The position numbers were made by a program, and so were the translations under genes. Of a DNA stretch of 64,000 nt, positions 38,189 through 47,224 are shown piece by piece. The stretch lies in the IMG/VR virus record IMGVR_UViG_3300045988_088194; one strand, given 5' to 3'. The notes beneath the pieces are model-generated. The model worked only from the letters and a program-made list of their open reading frames with translations, had not been told where the DNA came from and made no database searches. Every line of letters begins with the position of its first letter. Position 1 is the first letter of the stretch. This DNA comes from a virus.

Positions 38189-38889
38189 TACTTAGATTCT
38201 TTAGTAGTTCCCATTCCAGACATATTATCCTTACTGTCATTAGCTTGGTCAGTAGGAGCATATCTTGCTCCACTTAACTCCTGTACCATCATCTGTATAA
38301 GAGGTGATATGAGAGTATCCTCAAGAGGAAACTCAGAATCAAGTATGTCACAATTACCTTCAGACTGAGCAGAACATGCAAGTGCTGCTACCTCCTGTGC
38401 ATTCTGAAAGACTGCATCTACTCTAAGTTTCTTCAGGTAAAGGAACTGGGGGTTAGAAGACTTTAGATAAAGATAGTCATCTGGTCCTTTAGTAGCATAT
38501 ATAATGTTTGACAGCCATTTGTTATTTCCCACATAAGGCATTCTTTCAAGAGGTATATAGGATATATGTTCTGAGGTGAAGTAATCTACTGGATATATAT
38601 GCCTTATTCCTATATTCATTACTGATGGCATCTTTTTGGTACTCCTAAGATACACACCAGCACATGATGTCCCTGGTATGGCAGGTACCTCTATAAGGTC
38701 AAAACATATCTCCTGATAATTACTTCTGGTAACTTCCCCTTTTCTTGCATCCCTATACCTCCTATCAAGAAGGAGTGCCCTATAGTTATTTGCAAGAAAG
38801 ATGAGATGTTCTGGTGTATAAGTGGCATCATTTGAGATAAGTTTTAACTCATCTAAAGCCATATATACTACTTCTCTATATGTTGCCAT
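38188..38889 (-). CDS. head-tail connector/adaptor-sized protein (233 aa), unknown
   Basis: ORF behind its own promoter-like site; its stop overlaps the next start (TAATG). No motif recognised. Confidence 0.65.
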   Translation of the reverse strand: MATYREVVYMALDELKLISNDATYTPEHLIFLANNYRALLLDRRYRDARKGEVTRSNYQEICFDLIEVPAIPGTSCAGVYLRSTKKMPSVMNIGIRHIYPVDYFTSEHISYIPLERMPYVGNNKWLSNIIYATKGPDDYLYLKSSNPQFLYLKKLRVDAVFQNAQEVAALACSAQSEGNCDILDSEFPLEDTLISPLIQMMVQELSGARYAPTDQANDSKDNMSGMGTTKESK

Positions 38890-38924
38890 AATTCTACTTA
38901 TATTAACTAAATTAGACTATTGCA

Positions 38925-38956
38925 CAAATGTAAGGAAAAATAGTCATTTATACAAT
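38925..38956 (-). promoter_or_regulatory. Bacteroidota-type promoter candidate bracketed by an 11-bp inverted repeat
   Basis: Minus strand reads ATTG-tataaatgactatttttcct-TACATTTG, 35 nt upstream of ATG 38889. Inverted-repeat arms are TTAGACTATTG 38912-38922 and CAATAGTCTAA 38953-38963. Confidence 0.5.
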
Positions 38957-38988
38957 AGTCTAATCAAATTTGTTTATGTCCTGTAAAC

Positions 38989-39378
38989 TTAATTATCCCA
39001 ATAGTCTGTCTTATATTCAGTGGTTCTTATGTTGTCACCTGCCTCAACAAACCTAAGTAAGTCATTCTCTGTTGCCCTATATGGCTGCATTCCTCCAGGA
39101 CCAGGAAGGATAGTGCCAAACTGTGGTATCTCCTCACAGAACTGTGGATAGGGAATAAGACAGTTACTGCCATATAGACAGTATAGGAAACTTGCCATTA
39201 CACTGTAGTCTTCTTCAGTAACAAAAATATTGAAGTCTGTGTTAAGAAAAGTATCTACAAGAAGTAATCCAAGTATCCCAGCAACTGTATCATACCTCAT
39301 GTATCCAGTCTGTTCTAAATGAACAAAGTACTCCATAAGGGCATCAAGAGCCTGCTGAGTTGTCTTTGCTGCATACAT
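38989..39378 (-). CDS. hypothetical virion-module protein (129 aa)
   Basis: I moved the start to MYAAKTTQQ (39378), 1 nt after the upstream stop (TAATATG). The track start 39486 would overlap the upstream gene by 107 nt. Confidence 0.55.
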   Translation of the reverse strand: MYAAKTTQQALDALMEYFVHLEQTGYMRYDTVAGILGLLLVDTFLNTDFNIFVTEEDYSVMASFLYCLYGSNCLIPYPQFCEEIPQFGTILPGPGGMQPYRATENDLLRFVEAGDNIRTTEYKTDYWDN

Positions 39379-39379
39379 A

Positions 39380-39937
39380 TTAATTACATCCACAAGGAGG
39401 GTTAAACTTTGCCCCATCTTCAGCAAACCACTTCTTGAATCTATCATTGGCAAGCTGATATTGAGCAGTTCTAAGTGCAAGTTCAAATGCCTTGAACCTC
39501 AGTATATAGTCTATAAAATCCTTAGGCATCCCACAGCATCCATTTACTACCTTTCTCATATGGTCCATACCCTGCTGATATATGGACTGCCAGTTAAGAG
39601 CAACCCCTAATGTATATTCAGTATCCATAGTACATGGAGTATCTGCTGAAGGAGTTCCTGCTACAGTAACATATACATAGAATATATGTCCATTTAATGA
39701 GGCAAACTTAAATCTGTCTGGTGTAATATTTATACTATGTTCCTTGACTGTTGTATCTTGATTTTCATAAACTACAACTGCATTAGAACTTGGTTTTCCT
39801 GTAGAGAAGGTATCTTCAGTATCAATGCTTATTGAGGATATATACATATCCTTGAAGTATCCATAAGGGGCTACCATAGCATCTATAAGAAGATTCTCTC
39901 CATCAGGAGTAATTCTTAAATCATTAAAGACTATCAT
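39380..39937 (-). CDS. hypothetical virion-module protein (185 aa)
   Basis: ORF in the structural block directly after a strong terminator. No motif recognised. Confidence 0.65.
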   Translation of the reverse strand: MIVFNDLRITPDGENLLIDAMVAPYGYFKDMYISSISIDTEDTFSTGKPSSNAVVVYENQDTTVKEHSINITPDRFKFASLNGHIFYVYVTVAGTPSADTPCTMDTEYTLGVALNWQSIYQQGMDHMRKVVNGCCGMPKDFIDYILRFKAFELALRTAQYQLANDRFKKWFAEDGAKFNPPCGCN

Positions 39938-39957
39938 ACTAATTCAGTTGAAAGTAA

Positions 39958-39988
39958 ATAAAAAAAAGGGACCTAAACAGGTCCCTTT
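39958..39988 (-). terminator. rho-independent terminator after the 337-aa gene
   Basis: AAGGGACC / GGTCCCTT stem (39966-39973 / 39980-39987) with a 6-nt loop, followed on the minus strand by an 8-T run (A-run 39960-39967 on plus). Confidence 0.75.
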
Positions 39989-39991
39989 AGC

Positions 39992-41005
39992 TTATGAAAG
40001 TTCCTGGAGGAACATACTTGGCTCACCAGGGACAAGAGTCTTAATTGCTGCAATAACAGCATTAATGTTTGAGTAGTCCTTCTCTCCTGGTCTTGGAACT
40101 ACAATCTGGATGTCCTTCTCAGACTTCTGTACTGAAATTCCATCACCCTGATAGAAGTAATGGATGTTGATAATATCATACATCTTAGATGGGTCAACCA
40201 GATACTTGGTTGGAATAACATTAGGCCATCCCATATTTCTGTACTGGTCTCCTCTCTCACCCATGCAGAAGTACTCAAGGTCTGCAATGAGCTGTCCTTC
40301 AGGAAGAACTGCCTTAGTGTCATAGGATTCAACCTCTCCCCAGATTCTCTGGTCTCCATCTACAAGAACAGTAGTTGGCTGAACTGAGAAAGGAATTACT
40401 GCCTGAGGCATTGTACCAAGATGCCAAGGCTGAACTGCTTCAGCAATCCTGAGTGCTGTATAGGTTCCTGTAAGACTCTTTGGGTCTACACCCTCTTCTA
40501 CCTTAGTCTCTGTAGCACCATCATAGAGATAGATGTTTACAAGAGCTGTAACATCCTTAGAGATGTTAGCTGCAAGAGAAAGAGCCATCTCTTTATAGAA
40601 GTCTGAAGCCTTAAGTCCAGGGAATACATGAACCATACCATACTTGAAGTACTGGTCTGCTTCTGACATACCAATATACTCTCTGAATGCAAGTCTAAGC
40701 AGATAATCCTGCCCAGCTACTGGCTGACCACCATTTATATTAGGGTCAAGAGTAAGAGTATATCCCTTGAGCTTAGTAGCCATATCTTCAGCTCTGGTTG
40801 CTCTAAGATTGGTGATATTCTCAATCTTGATAAGGTCACTTCTCATCTTATCAAGAAGTGCTCCCATATACTGGAAATATATAGCATCACCTTCATTTGT
40901 CTTTGCTACAGTGATATCTCCAGCATCCTTAAGAGCTGCAAGGTTCTCTTTATAGGCATTAGCAACATAAAGCTGCCTTACCTGATGCACTGAAAAAGCT
41001 GCCAT
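39992..41005 (-). CDS. abundant virion protein candidate (337 aa; auxiliary capsid/head-fibre type or alternative capsid protein)
   Basis: Has a dedicated strong terminator directly downstream, and its codon usage appears richer in C-ending codons than its neighbours (by eye). No motif recognised. Confidence 0.6.
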   Translation of the reverse strand: MAAFSVHQVRQLYVANAYKENLAALKDAGDITVAKTNEGDAIYFQYMGALLDKMRSDLIKIENITNLRATRAEDMATKLKGYTLTLDPNINGGQPVAGQDYLLRLAFREYIGMSEADQYFKYGMVHVFPGLKASDFYKEMALSLAANISKDVTALVNIYLYDGATETKVEEGVDPKSLTGTYTALRIAEAVQPWHLGTMPQAVIPFSVQPTTVLVDGDQRIWGEVESYDTKAVLPEGQLIADLEYFCMGERGDQYRNMGWPNVIPTKYLVDPSKMYDIINIHYFYQGDGISVQKSEKDIQIVVPRPGEKDYSNINAVIAAIKTLVPGEPSMFLQELS

Positions 41006-41035
41006 AAATTATTGTTTGTTAAAAATATTTGTAAA

Positions 41036-41710
41036 CTATTGTTGTGAGCCCCAGACAGACTTTGCAATACTTACTGCCCTGCTGAGGATTGCTCTATGAA
41101 TTGCTGAACTTAATTTACAAGTTTGAGCTGTACTTATATCATTAATAGTCAGACCTTCTGATAAATTTTCAAGTATTATAGGTTCTGGTTTTGAAAGATA
41201 TCTTATTGTATAAGATATAATAGGATATTTACTTATTAATTCAACTTTATTGGTTCCACAGTCCAATCTTAATATCCTTCTTTCATTAGGTCCTCTAAAT
41301 GGGCTATTCTTAGTTCTATATAAAGTGTCTTGTGTTACTGGAACTACATCCACTTCTCTTTCTGTAGAACTTCCACATTTAAGGGAATTATCCTTTATTA
41401 TTGCCTTTTCTCCTGTCTTAAACCAAATGTCTGCATCTATATTAAAGAATACTGACCTTGAATCCAATCCATTACCTTCTACTTTAGTTGTATAAGTAAC
41501 TTGCTTAACCAAAGGACTTAAATAATCAGTGACTTCTTCAGTACTTTCAAAAGGACTTCCAAGTTTTCCTGAATAAATATCAAGAACCAGAGCTTCTTGT
41601 GCTTGGGTTAAGAACAAGCTTTTCTCATATTCTGACAGTCCTGGGGCTTGGTTTGACATTATGTTGTTGTACATAAGGTCAAATTCCAGTGAAAACTCTT
41701 GTGTTGTCAT
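41036..41710 (-). CDS. hypothetical virion-module protein (224 aa)
   Basis: ORF packed 1 nt from the upstream stop. No motif recognised. Confidence 0.65.
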   Translation of the reverse strand: MTTQEFSLEFDLMYNNIMSNQAPGLSEYEKSLFLTQAQEALVLDIYSGKLGSPFESTEEVTDYLSPLVKQVTYTTKVEGNGLDSRSVFFNIDADIWFKTGEKAIIKDNSLKCGSSTEREVDVVPVTQDTLYRTKNSPFRGPNERRILRLDCGTNKVELISKYPIISYTIRYLSKPEPIILENLSEGLTINDISTAQTCKLSSAIHRAILSRAVSIAKSVWGSQQ

Positions 41711-41711
41711 A

Positions 41712-42701
41712 TTATTTTACCTTTGCTTCAATTGAAAGTTTAAGCTCCTGATTCTTAGGAAGATTAAGATATCTTGCAGCTACATTCAGAGTAGGGTCCT
41801 CATTATGGTCACACAGTGGTGAGTTGTCACTTCTGAGGTATAATTGGTCACCTCTCTTTGATATTACTCCTGCTTCAATAGCCTTACTGATAAGCACCTT
41901 AGTACTAAGGAGTGGGTCAGTGATTATCTTGAGGAACAACTTAGAATCAGCCTGAATAAGGTTATTAATCTTGCCCTGAAGGAACTCAAGTTTTGAATTA
42001 GAGGCTACAGGTCTACCATCTATAAGTTCAATAATACACTTAAGAGTGTCTCTGTCATCTTTAATTCTACCATATTCCATGTAGCACTTCATGGTAGCTG
42101 ACATCCTTTCACTCTCCTGACTTTCCTGCTCACCCTCCTTAATCATTACAAACTGGTATGTAGCCTTTGGCTTGTCCTGTAATGTCTCAAGAGAGTCTGC
42201 AATAAAGTTAGAGTTAGCCTTAAGAACTTTGTACTTGATATAATCATCTGGTACTGAAAGGTCAAGATAATTGTCTTGCTTTGTCAGTCTGACCTGATAG
42301 TTATCCCAGTAATTATTCTCCTTCTTATAGATAGAGAGAGCATTATATTCAAGCCCCATAACCTCCTCAAGGAATGCCTTCTCATCATCTGTAAGTACAT
42401 TCTTATATGCACCAGAAGACTCAAGGATAGGAACTGTAAAGTATCTTACTGCACTTTCAGCCATACCTCCATAGAGGATGTGCTTAGGGTTAGTAACAAG
42501 ACCTCCCTCCTTAGGGACATGCCTGATAATTATTCTCTCATTTCTTAGGCAAGATTCAACCACTCTACTTGATTTTGGCTTCTTCTCACCCTCTATTCTT
42601 GCAGGTGGTTCATTACCTTCCATAGAACTAACTTCATGTACTGAAATTGGGCTATCATCTATAGCTCCAAAATCAATAGACTCTTCCATTTTCTTTGCCA
42701 T
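41712..42701 (-). CDS. hypothetical virion-module protein (329 aa)
   Basis: ORF downstream of the capsid candidate and its hairpins. No motif recognised. Confidence 0.65.
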   Translation of the reverse strand: MAKKMEESIDFGAIDDSPISVHEVSSMEGNEPPARIEGEKKPKSSRVVESCLRNERIIIRHVPKEGGLVTNPKHILYGGMAESAVRYFTVPILESSGAYKNVLTDDEKAFLEEVMGLEYNALSIYKKENNYWDNYQVRLTKQDNYLDLSVPDDYIKYKVLKANSNFIADSLETLQDKPKATYQFVMIKEGEQESQESERMSATMKCYMEYGRIKDDRDTLKCIIELIDGRPVASNSKLEFLQGKINNLIQADSKLFLKIITDPLLSTKVLISKAIEAGVISKRGDQLYLRSDNSPLCDHNEDPTLNVAARYLNLPKNQELKLSIEAKVK

Positions 42702-42710
42702 TATTTATCT

Positions 42711-42748
42711 CCCTTTAAAAATAAAGGGATAGGGTACTACCCTACCCC
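42711..42748 (-). terminator. double hairpin (partial terminator/attenuator) after the capsid candidate
   Basis: TAGGGTA/TACCCTA (42730-42744) and CCCTTTA/TAAAGGG (42711-42728). The minus strand reads hairpin then TCCCTTTATTTTT. Confidence 0.5.
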
Positions 42749-42755
42749 TTATGAT

Positions 42756-44270
42756 TTATGCCTGAAGTATTGCAGGTATAATTGACATTGTTCTTGTAGG
42801 GTCAAGAACACAGATTCCAAGAGTTGCCATTCTGTGGAATGTTGCTGAATCCTCATCATGGCTCATGTATGGATTACCCATCTGACCAGTAAATGGATTT
42901 CTAAGACCCCACTCATAGCCCCTGAACTCTGTCTGACCCTTGATAGCACACTTGAAGATATTAGGCTGGTCCATTGTACCAATGTACATAATGTCATACC
43001 TATATGAGTATGCTACACCACCCTCTGGGTGAAGAATCTTGTTTCTTACTGGGTCATCATAGAATGGGTCTACATCAATCTTAACCCTTACTCCATTAGG
43101 AGCCTTATACTCTACAAACTGGAAACCAGCTGAGAGAGCATTCTCATGAAGCTTGCTCTGAGTCTTCTGAACTACTCCAATAGAGTTATTGTCAAGTACA
43201 AACTGTGTCCAACCTGAAACTGTCTTGAGGACTTCCTTGTGGAACTGAATTGCTCCTCTTTCACCAGTCTTGATAACAAAGTATCTGTCATTGAAATCAA
43301 GCTTAGATGCTGAAAGTTCATAAAGAGCATCCTCAATAAGTTTAAGTGAGAAGTGGTTGTAGTACATTGTATTGGCTACTTCCATCTGCTCAAACAGACC
43401 TGCACCAGTTTTAATAGCCTCACCTGACTTACCAAAGTTAAGGTACTCACCATTACTGTTCCTGTTGGAAACACCCCAAGCAAGTACATTATTCTTTGCT
43501 TCTGAGAACTGAAGTTCAAGTTCATAGTCTACATAGTGCATCCACATATTAGTGGTATCCTTAACAAGCTTTCCACCTTCAGTTTCCTTAGTAATAGGAA
43601 TACCTACTGCAAGCTTCTTATTAAGCATTGAACCACCAACCTTGTGATGAATCCTGATAGTAGACCACTCATTTCTCATAGAAACTGGTGAGCTGAATCT
43701 GATGTCACCAACCTTTCTTGAGAAACTTCTTTCTACTGGAGCATAACCAATAGAGAACCTTTCTCCTGCAAGAAGTCTTTCTGCTGGTACACCCTTAGAG
43801 TTAGTACCAAAGACCTCTACCTTATAAACCGCATTAGTTCCCTCAAACCTTGCTTCACCAAGCACCCTAAGTGGATATGCCTCATTGAGATTACCCCAAA
43901 GGATTTCTCCATCAGCAAACCAATCTTCTGGGAACACAAGATAGAATGGAGCATAACCAGCACCTACATTTGCATGTCCATCAGTTACAACCTGTCCATT
44001 CTCATCCCTTGCTTCAACAAGTGGAATGTTTCTCCTTGAAGAACCAATCACATCCCAGTAATATTCATTGTCATCATCAAACTCCCTTGTTGGGAACTGA
44101 TTGAGGAATGTGTCAAGGGTCTTACCTCTGTAGTAGGCAAGCAGCTGCACCATAAGGTTTGTAGCCTTCTGAGGTGCCAACTGGAAGATTTGTCCAAGGT
44201 GGTTTTCCTTGGTTGTACCCTTCCAGTGCTGGAAGCCTAACATCTGAAATTTACCAAGCTTTCCTGCCAT
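42756..44270 (-). CDS. major capsid protein candidate (504 aa)
   Basis: About 500 aa, as I recall for crAss-like MCPs. Immediately follows an acidic coiled-coil scaffold-like gene and is followed by hairpins. No independent motif; the call rests on position and size. Confidence 0.6.
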   Translation of the reverse strand: MAGKLGKFQMLGFQHWKGTTKENHLGQIFQLAPQKATNLMVQLLAYYRGKTLDTFLNQFPTREFDDDNEYYWDVIGSSRRNIPLVEARDENGQVVTDGHANVGAGYAPFYLVFPEDWFADGEILWGNLNEAYPLRVLGEARFEGTNAVYKVEVFGTNSKGVPAERLLAGERFSIGYAPVERSFSRKVGDIRFSSPVSMRNEWSTIRIHHKVGGSMLNKKLAVGIPITKETEGGKLVKDTTNMWMHYVDYELELQFSEAKNNVLAWGVSNRNSNGEYLNFGKSGEAIKTGAGLFEQMEVANTMYYNHFSLKLIEDALYELSASKLDFNDRYFVIKTGERGAIQFHKEVLKTVSGWTQFVLDNNSIGVVQKTQSKLHENALSAGFQFVEYKAPNGVRVKIDVDPFYDDPVRNKILHPEGGVAYSYRYDIMYIGTMDQPNIFKCAIKGQTEFRGYEWGLRNPFTGQMGNPYMSHDEDSATFHRMATLGICVLDPTRTMSIIPAILQA

Positions 44271-44308
44271 AAATTTTTATGTTATTGTTGTTTATTCAGA
44301 ATAGGAGG

Positions 44309-45454
44309 TTAGACATCAAGATGCCAGCCCTTACCCACATAAGACTCAGGGTCTTCATCAACTCCAGTTGCAAATTTCAGATTACCATCTGAGGTTCTTG
44401 CAGTATTGTTGATAGTGGTTTCAAGCTCTCTCAATCCCTTCCTCACTTCCTTCTTTACTTTTCCTTTAATAAGCCCATCAAGGTTCTTGAAGCCATCAGT
44501 AAGAGTGTATATGAGACCTACATTCTTAAGAAAATCAAGTCTATTATCCATCTCATACTTTTGTAATGCTGTGAAGAGTTCTCCTGTTTCAGGGTCCTTA
44601 TAGACAGGCTTACTTATATTATCAAAGACCTTCTGTCTTGTAGCCTTGTCAATCTGGAGCTCTCCAAATACCTTCTCCTCTTCAAGTATGTTCTTCTTGA
44701 GAGTTTCAGCATCCTTCTTTCTCTCCTCAACCTCTTTTTCTTCTGCTTTCTTAGCCTCCTCTACTATAGAGTCATAAGAGTTCTTGAAGAACTCCTTATT
44801 GCTCTTTAGAGACTCTTTGGCATCTTCTATATCAGTGCCTGCATCAAAAGACTTCTTTACTTCCCTTTGAGCTCTTTCCTTAGAGTAACCTCTATTGATA
44901 AAGTCATTATAGATGAGTTGTCTTCTTAACTGTTCACCCTGTTCTGACTCATCTGAGATATTCTCATCCTTGATTGAATCAAGATAGTTGAGTGTTCTCT
45001 CATACTTTTGGACTTCAGAAGGTTCAATTCCAGCATTCAATGCTTCATCAATCCTCTTCTGTCTTTCATCAAACTGGGCAGAAACTTCATCTCTTATAGC
45101 CTGGGCAAAGGACTCTGCATCCTTTATCTCCTTGGCTTTATCATCATCAAGGTTCTGGAAGATACCATCTTCTTTCAAGGCACTGGCAATGGAAGAGTAG
45201 AAGTTGGTTTTGGGAGAAGTACCAGACCTATCTGGTATGGTATCTTCCTTTCCTTGCTTATCTTCTTTTCCACTACCTACGCTCTCTGATTCAAATAAAT
45301 CTTCTGCATCTACTTGAACCTCAGTAGTTTCTTTATTTTTATTATCATCCTCCTTTGGGTCAGGTGGAGTTTCCTGTGTCTCACTTCCTTCCTCATCAAA
45401 GAGATTATCCATCTCTTCTGGGCTGAGGATGTTGCTTAAATCAAGTTCTTCCAT
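44309..45454 (-). CDS. scaffolding-protein candidate (381 aa, acidic, coiled-coil)
   Basis: Highly charged D/E/K-rich helical sequence directly upstream of the capsid candidate and behind its own promoter-like site. Confidence 0.5.
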   Translation of the reverse strand: MEELDLSNILSPEEMDNLFDEEGSETQETPPDPKEDDNKNKETTEVQVDAEDLFESESVGSGKEDKQGKEDTIPDRSGTSPKTNFYSSIASALKEDGIFQNLDDDKAKEIKDAESFAQAIRDEVSAQFDERQKRIDEALNAGIEPSEVQKYERTLNYLDSIKDENISDESEQGEQLRRQLIYNDFINRGYSKERAQREVKKSFDAGTDIEDAKESLKSNKEFFKNSYDSIVEEAKKAEEKEVEERKKDAETLKKNILEEEKVFGELQIDKATRQKVFDNISKPVYKDPETGELFTALQKYEMDNRLDFLKNVGLIYTLTDGFKNLDGLIKGKVKKEVRKGLRELETTINNTARTSDGNLKFATGVDEDPESYVGKGWHLDV

Positions 45455-45478
45455 ATATTCTTCTCCTTAAACTTCATG

Positions 45479-45510
45479 CAAAGATATATACAAAAAATAT
45501 AAAAGACAAT
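45479..45510 (-). promoter_or_regulatory. Bacteroidota-type promoter candidate for the scaffold/capsid genes
   Basis: Minus strand reads ATTG-tcttttatattttttgtata-TATCTTTG, 24 nt upstream of ATG 45454. The ATTG lies in the stem of the preceding terminator. Confidence 0.55.
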
Positions 45511-45534
45511 AAGGAAAATGTTTTCCTTATTGTC
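45492..45534 (-). terminator. rho-independent terminator after the lysis/small-ORF cluster
   Basis: Perfect 14-bp stem GACAATAAGGAAAA / TTTTCCTTATTGTC (45505-45534), followed on the minus strand by TTTTATATTTTTT. Confidence 0.7.
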
Positions 45535-45560
45535 TATAAACTTTTTCACTTAGAGTAATA

Positions 45561-45605
45561 CTACTTACCCTTCTTTCCCTTACCTTTACTTTTCTTACAA
45601 GCCAT
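45561..45605 (-). CDS. micro-ORF, 14 aa, lysine-rich (MACKKSKGKGKKGK)
   Basis: ATG preceded by GGAGGATTAAATT and ending just before the terminator. Too short to judge. Confidence 0.15.
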   Translation of the reverse strand: MACKKSKGKGKKGK

Positions 45606-45619
45606 AATTTAATCCTCCA

Positions 45620-45772
45620 TTATTTAGTAAGTACAGAAGTCCACTCACCATTAATGAACTCCTTTATATCCTCAATCTTGTTATCATCTGTCTTAGTAAC
45701 CCAGTATACATTAGTATTATCTGGAGCATACTCAGATTCTACAAATCTCTTTCTGTTTGAAATTATCTCCAT
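45620..45772 (-). CDS. small ORF (50 aa), below the track threshold
   Basis: Hand translation: MEIISNRKRFVESEYAPDNTNVYWVTKTDDNKIEDIKEFINGEWTSVLTK. The ATG lies 2 nt after the upstream stop (TAGTTATG). Confidence 0.35.
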   Translation of the reverse strand: MEIISNRKRFVESEYAPDNTNVYWVTKTDDNKIEDIKEFINGEWTSVLTK

Positions 45773-45774
45773 AA

Positions 45775-46242
45775 CTACACTATTTCAAGTTCTATATTAT
45801 TGCCCTTCAGCTTATTGTAGAGTTCAGCAAACACTTTCTTACCATTCATAAGATATTCTTCTGATGAAAGGTTGCCTATTCCTATACATCCCTGTAACAA
45901 AGAATCTCTCTTTGGACCATCTGCAACATGAATAAGAACACCCTCATAACCCTTGACATCAATTAGTCTTGGAAGTTTACCTTTACATGTTTCCATATAG
46001 AAGGGATACTTTGAAAACTTAGGGCTTATTACATCCAGGGTGACTTTATATATCCCTTTTGGTATGGCAGTCTCACCATTTATCTTCAATAACTGTATCT
46101 GACCAATGTTCATATCCTGTGTTAGACCCCTATCCTTATCCTCTAAAGTATCACAGAAATAGACCCCATCTACATACAGCTTACCTAAAGTGTAGCTATT
46201 CCTTGTTATAGTTCTCTTTATAGTCAGTTTCATCAGTATCAA
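45775..46242 (-). CDS. DUF5675-like protein with YkuD-like H...GC motif; candidate cell-wall enzyme of the lysis cassette
   Basis: TLGKLYVDGVYFCDTLEDKDRG...ETAIPKGIYKV...GYEGVLIHVADGPKRDSLLQGCIGIG matches my memory of DUF5675 (tiG.L.idG.f.C.TLED...tAIP.G.Y.v...gf.GI.iH.GN....T.GCIlvG). Confidence 0.6.
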   Translation of the reverse strand: MILMKLTIKRTITRNSYTLGKLYVDGVYFCDTLEDKDRGLTQDMNIGQIQLLKINGETAIPKGIYKVTLDVISPKFSKYPFYMETCKGKLPRLIDVKGYEGVLIHVADGPKRDSLLQGCIGIGNLSSEEYLMNGKKVFAELYNKLKGNNIELEIV

Positions 46243-46588
46243 AATCTAATAGTTTGAACAAATCATCAAGCTCTGAGTCACTATAGGGGCATCTATTCTT
46301 ACAGGATTCAATTGTACAGATTTTACCAATCATCTTGATGACTACACTCTTAAGTCTTATAACTTCAGACTTATTCTTGTCTACAATCTTTGAATACAAA
46401 TCAAGTTTTCTGCCAAGGTCTTTAACCATGTCCTGATATATATCTAAAGAAGCCTTCATATTAGCTATCTGTGTACTATCTACTTCTGCATTATACTTCT
46501 TCTTTGAGAATAGAAAAGTGAAAAATGCAGAGCAGAATGTAGTTACAATACCTATGCCTGCTGTAATTAATACCCCTAAATCCATCAC
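46196..46588 (-). CDS. membrane-anchored coiled-coil protein (130 aa); holin/spanin-type candidate
   Basis: N-terminal TM helix LGVLITAGIGIVTTFCSAFFTFLF followed by helical charged sequence. Overlaps both neighbours. Confidence 0.55.
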   Translation of the reverse strand: MMDLGVLITAGIGIVTTFCSAFFTFLFSKKKYNAEVDSTQIANMKASLDIYQDMVKDLGRKLDLYSKIVDKNKSEVIRLKSVVIKMIGKICTIESCKNRCPYSDSELDDLFKLLDFDTDETDYKENYNKE

Positions 46589-47205
46589 TCGATAATCTTT
46601 ATATATTTTTCCTGTTTATTTATTATATAAGGACTCTTCTCAATTACTACTGTCTCAATTATCTTATGTTTCTTTTGAAACAGTCTCCCCAGCCAGCACT
46701 TCTTAGGAGGTTTAATAGTCTCTTTCCTTAAACTCTGTACTACATACCTCTCTGATATGAACTTAGGAGAGGCAATTACAGTAGAAGGATATTCAAGTTT
46801 TAGATTAAGAGAATACCATTTATCTCTTAAAGTAGTATCTATCTTAACTTCTGGATTTCTAAAAAGAGTATCTCTGAATATCAAGGTATCAGTCTTTTTG
46901 GCTTCAGATAACTGATATTCAAGTTCCTTTATGTTCTTGTTCTTAATTTTAAGTTCCTTTCTGACTTCATTCATCTTTATAATGATGGAGTCATTAATAT
47001 AGTTTAACTGTTCTACTGTAAGCTGCAATACTCTTCCCCTATTACTAAGGGAATCATTGTCAGCAAACAAAGCCTTCTCATTGGCTATACTTATTGACAA
47101 ATCTTCCTTCAAACCATCTATTCTTGAAGACTGTAGTGATATAACACTAATCATACCAAGTATAAGAACAGCCACTCCTATGTATATCCAACTCTTAAGT
47201 TTCAT
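46585..47205 (-). CDS. N-terminally anchored coiled-coil protein (206 aa); spanin/holin-type candidate
   Basis: TM helix WIYIGVAVLILGMISVISL followed by a long coiled coil. I moved the start from the track's TTG 47220 to ATG 47205 (MKLKSW), 19 nt downstream of a TACCTTTG box. Confidence 0.55.
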   Translation of the reverse strand: MKLKSWIYIGVAVLILGMISVISLQSSRIDGLKEDLSISIANEKALFADNDSLSNRGRVLQLTVEQLNYINDSIIIKMNEVRKELKIKNKNIKELEYQLSEAKKTDTLIFRDTLFRNPEVKIDTTLRDKWYSLNLKLEYPSTVIASPKFISERYVVQSLRKETIKPPKKCWLGRLFQKKHKIIETVVIEKSPYIINKQEKYIKIIE

Positions 47206-47224
47206 ATCTTTTTCCTCCAATAGG

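Noticed and set aside
39379-39486. A 107-nt overlap between the 185-aa and 165-aa ORFs, considered as a programmed frameshift or overlapping genes.
   Set aside because: An internal ATG at 39378 lies 1 nt after the upstream stop (TAATATG), the same coupling seen throughout the block. No slippery heptamer was noticed.
45590-47215. GGAGG-like sequences upstream of some starts (45606-45623, 47206-47215), considered as Shine-Dalgarno sites.
   Set aside because: Bacteroidota generally make little use of Shine-Dalgarno pairing, and most genes here lack such sequences. I did not use them as evidence for gene calls.
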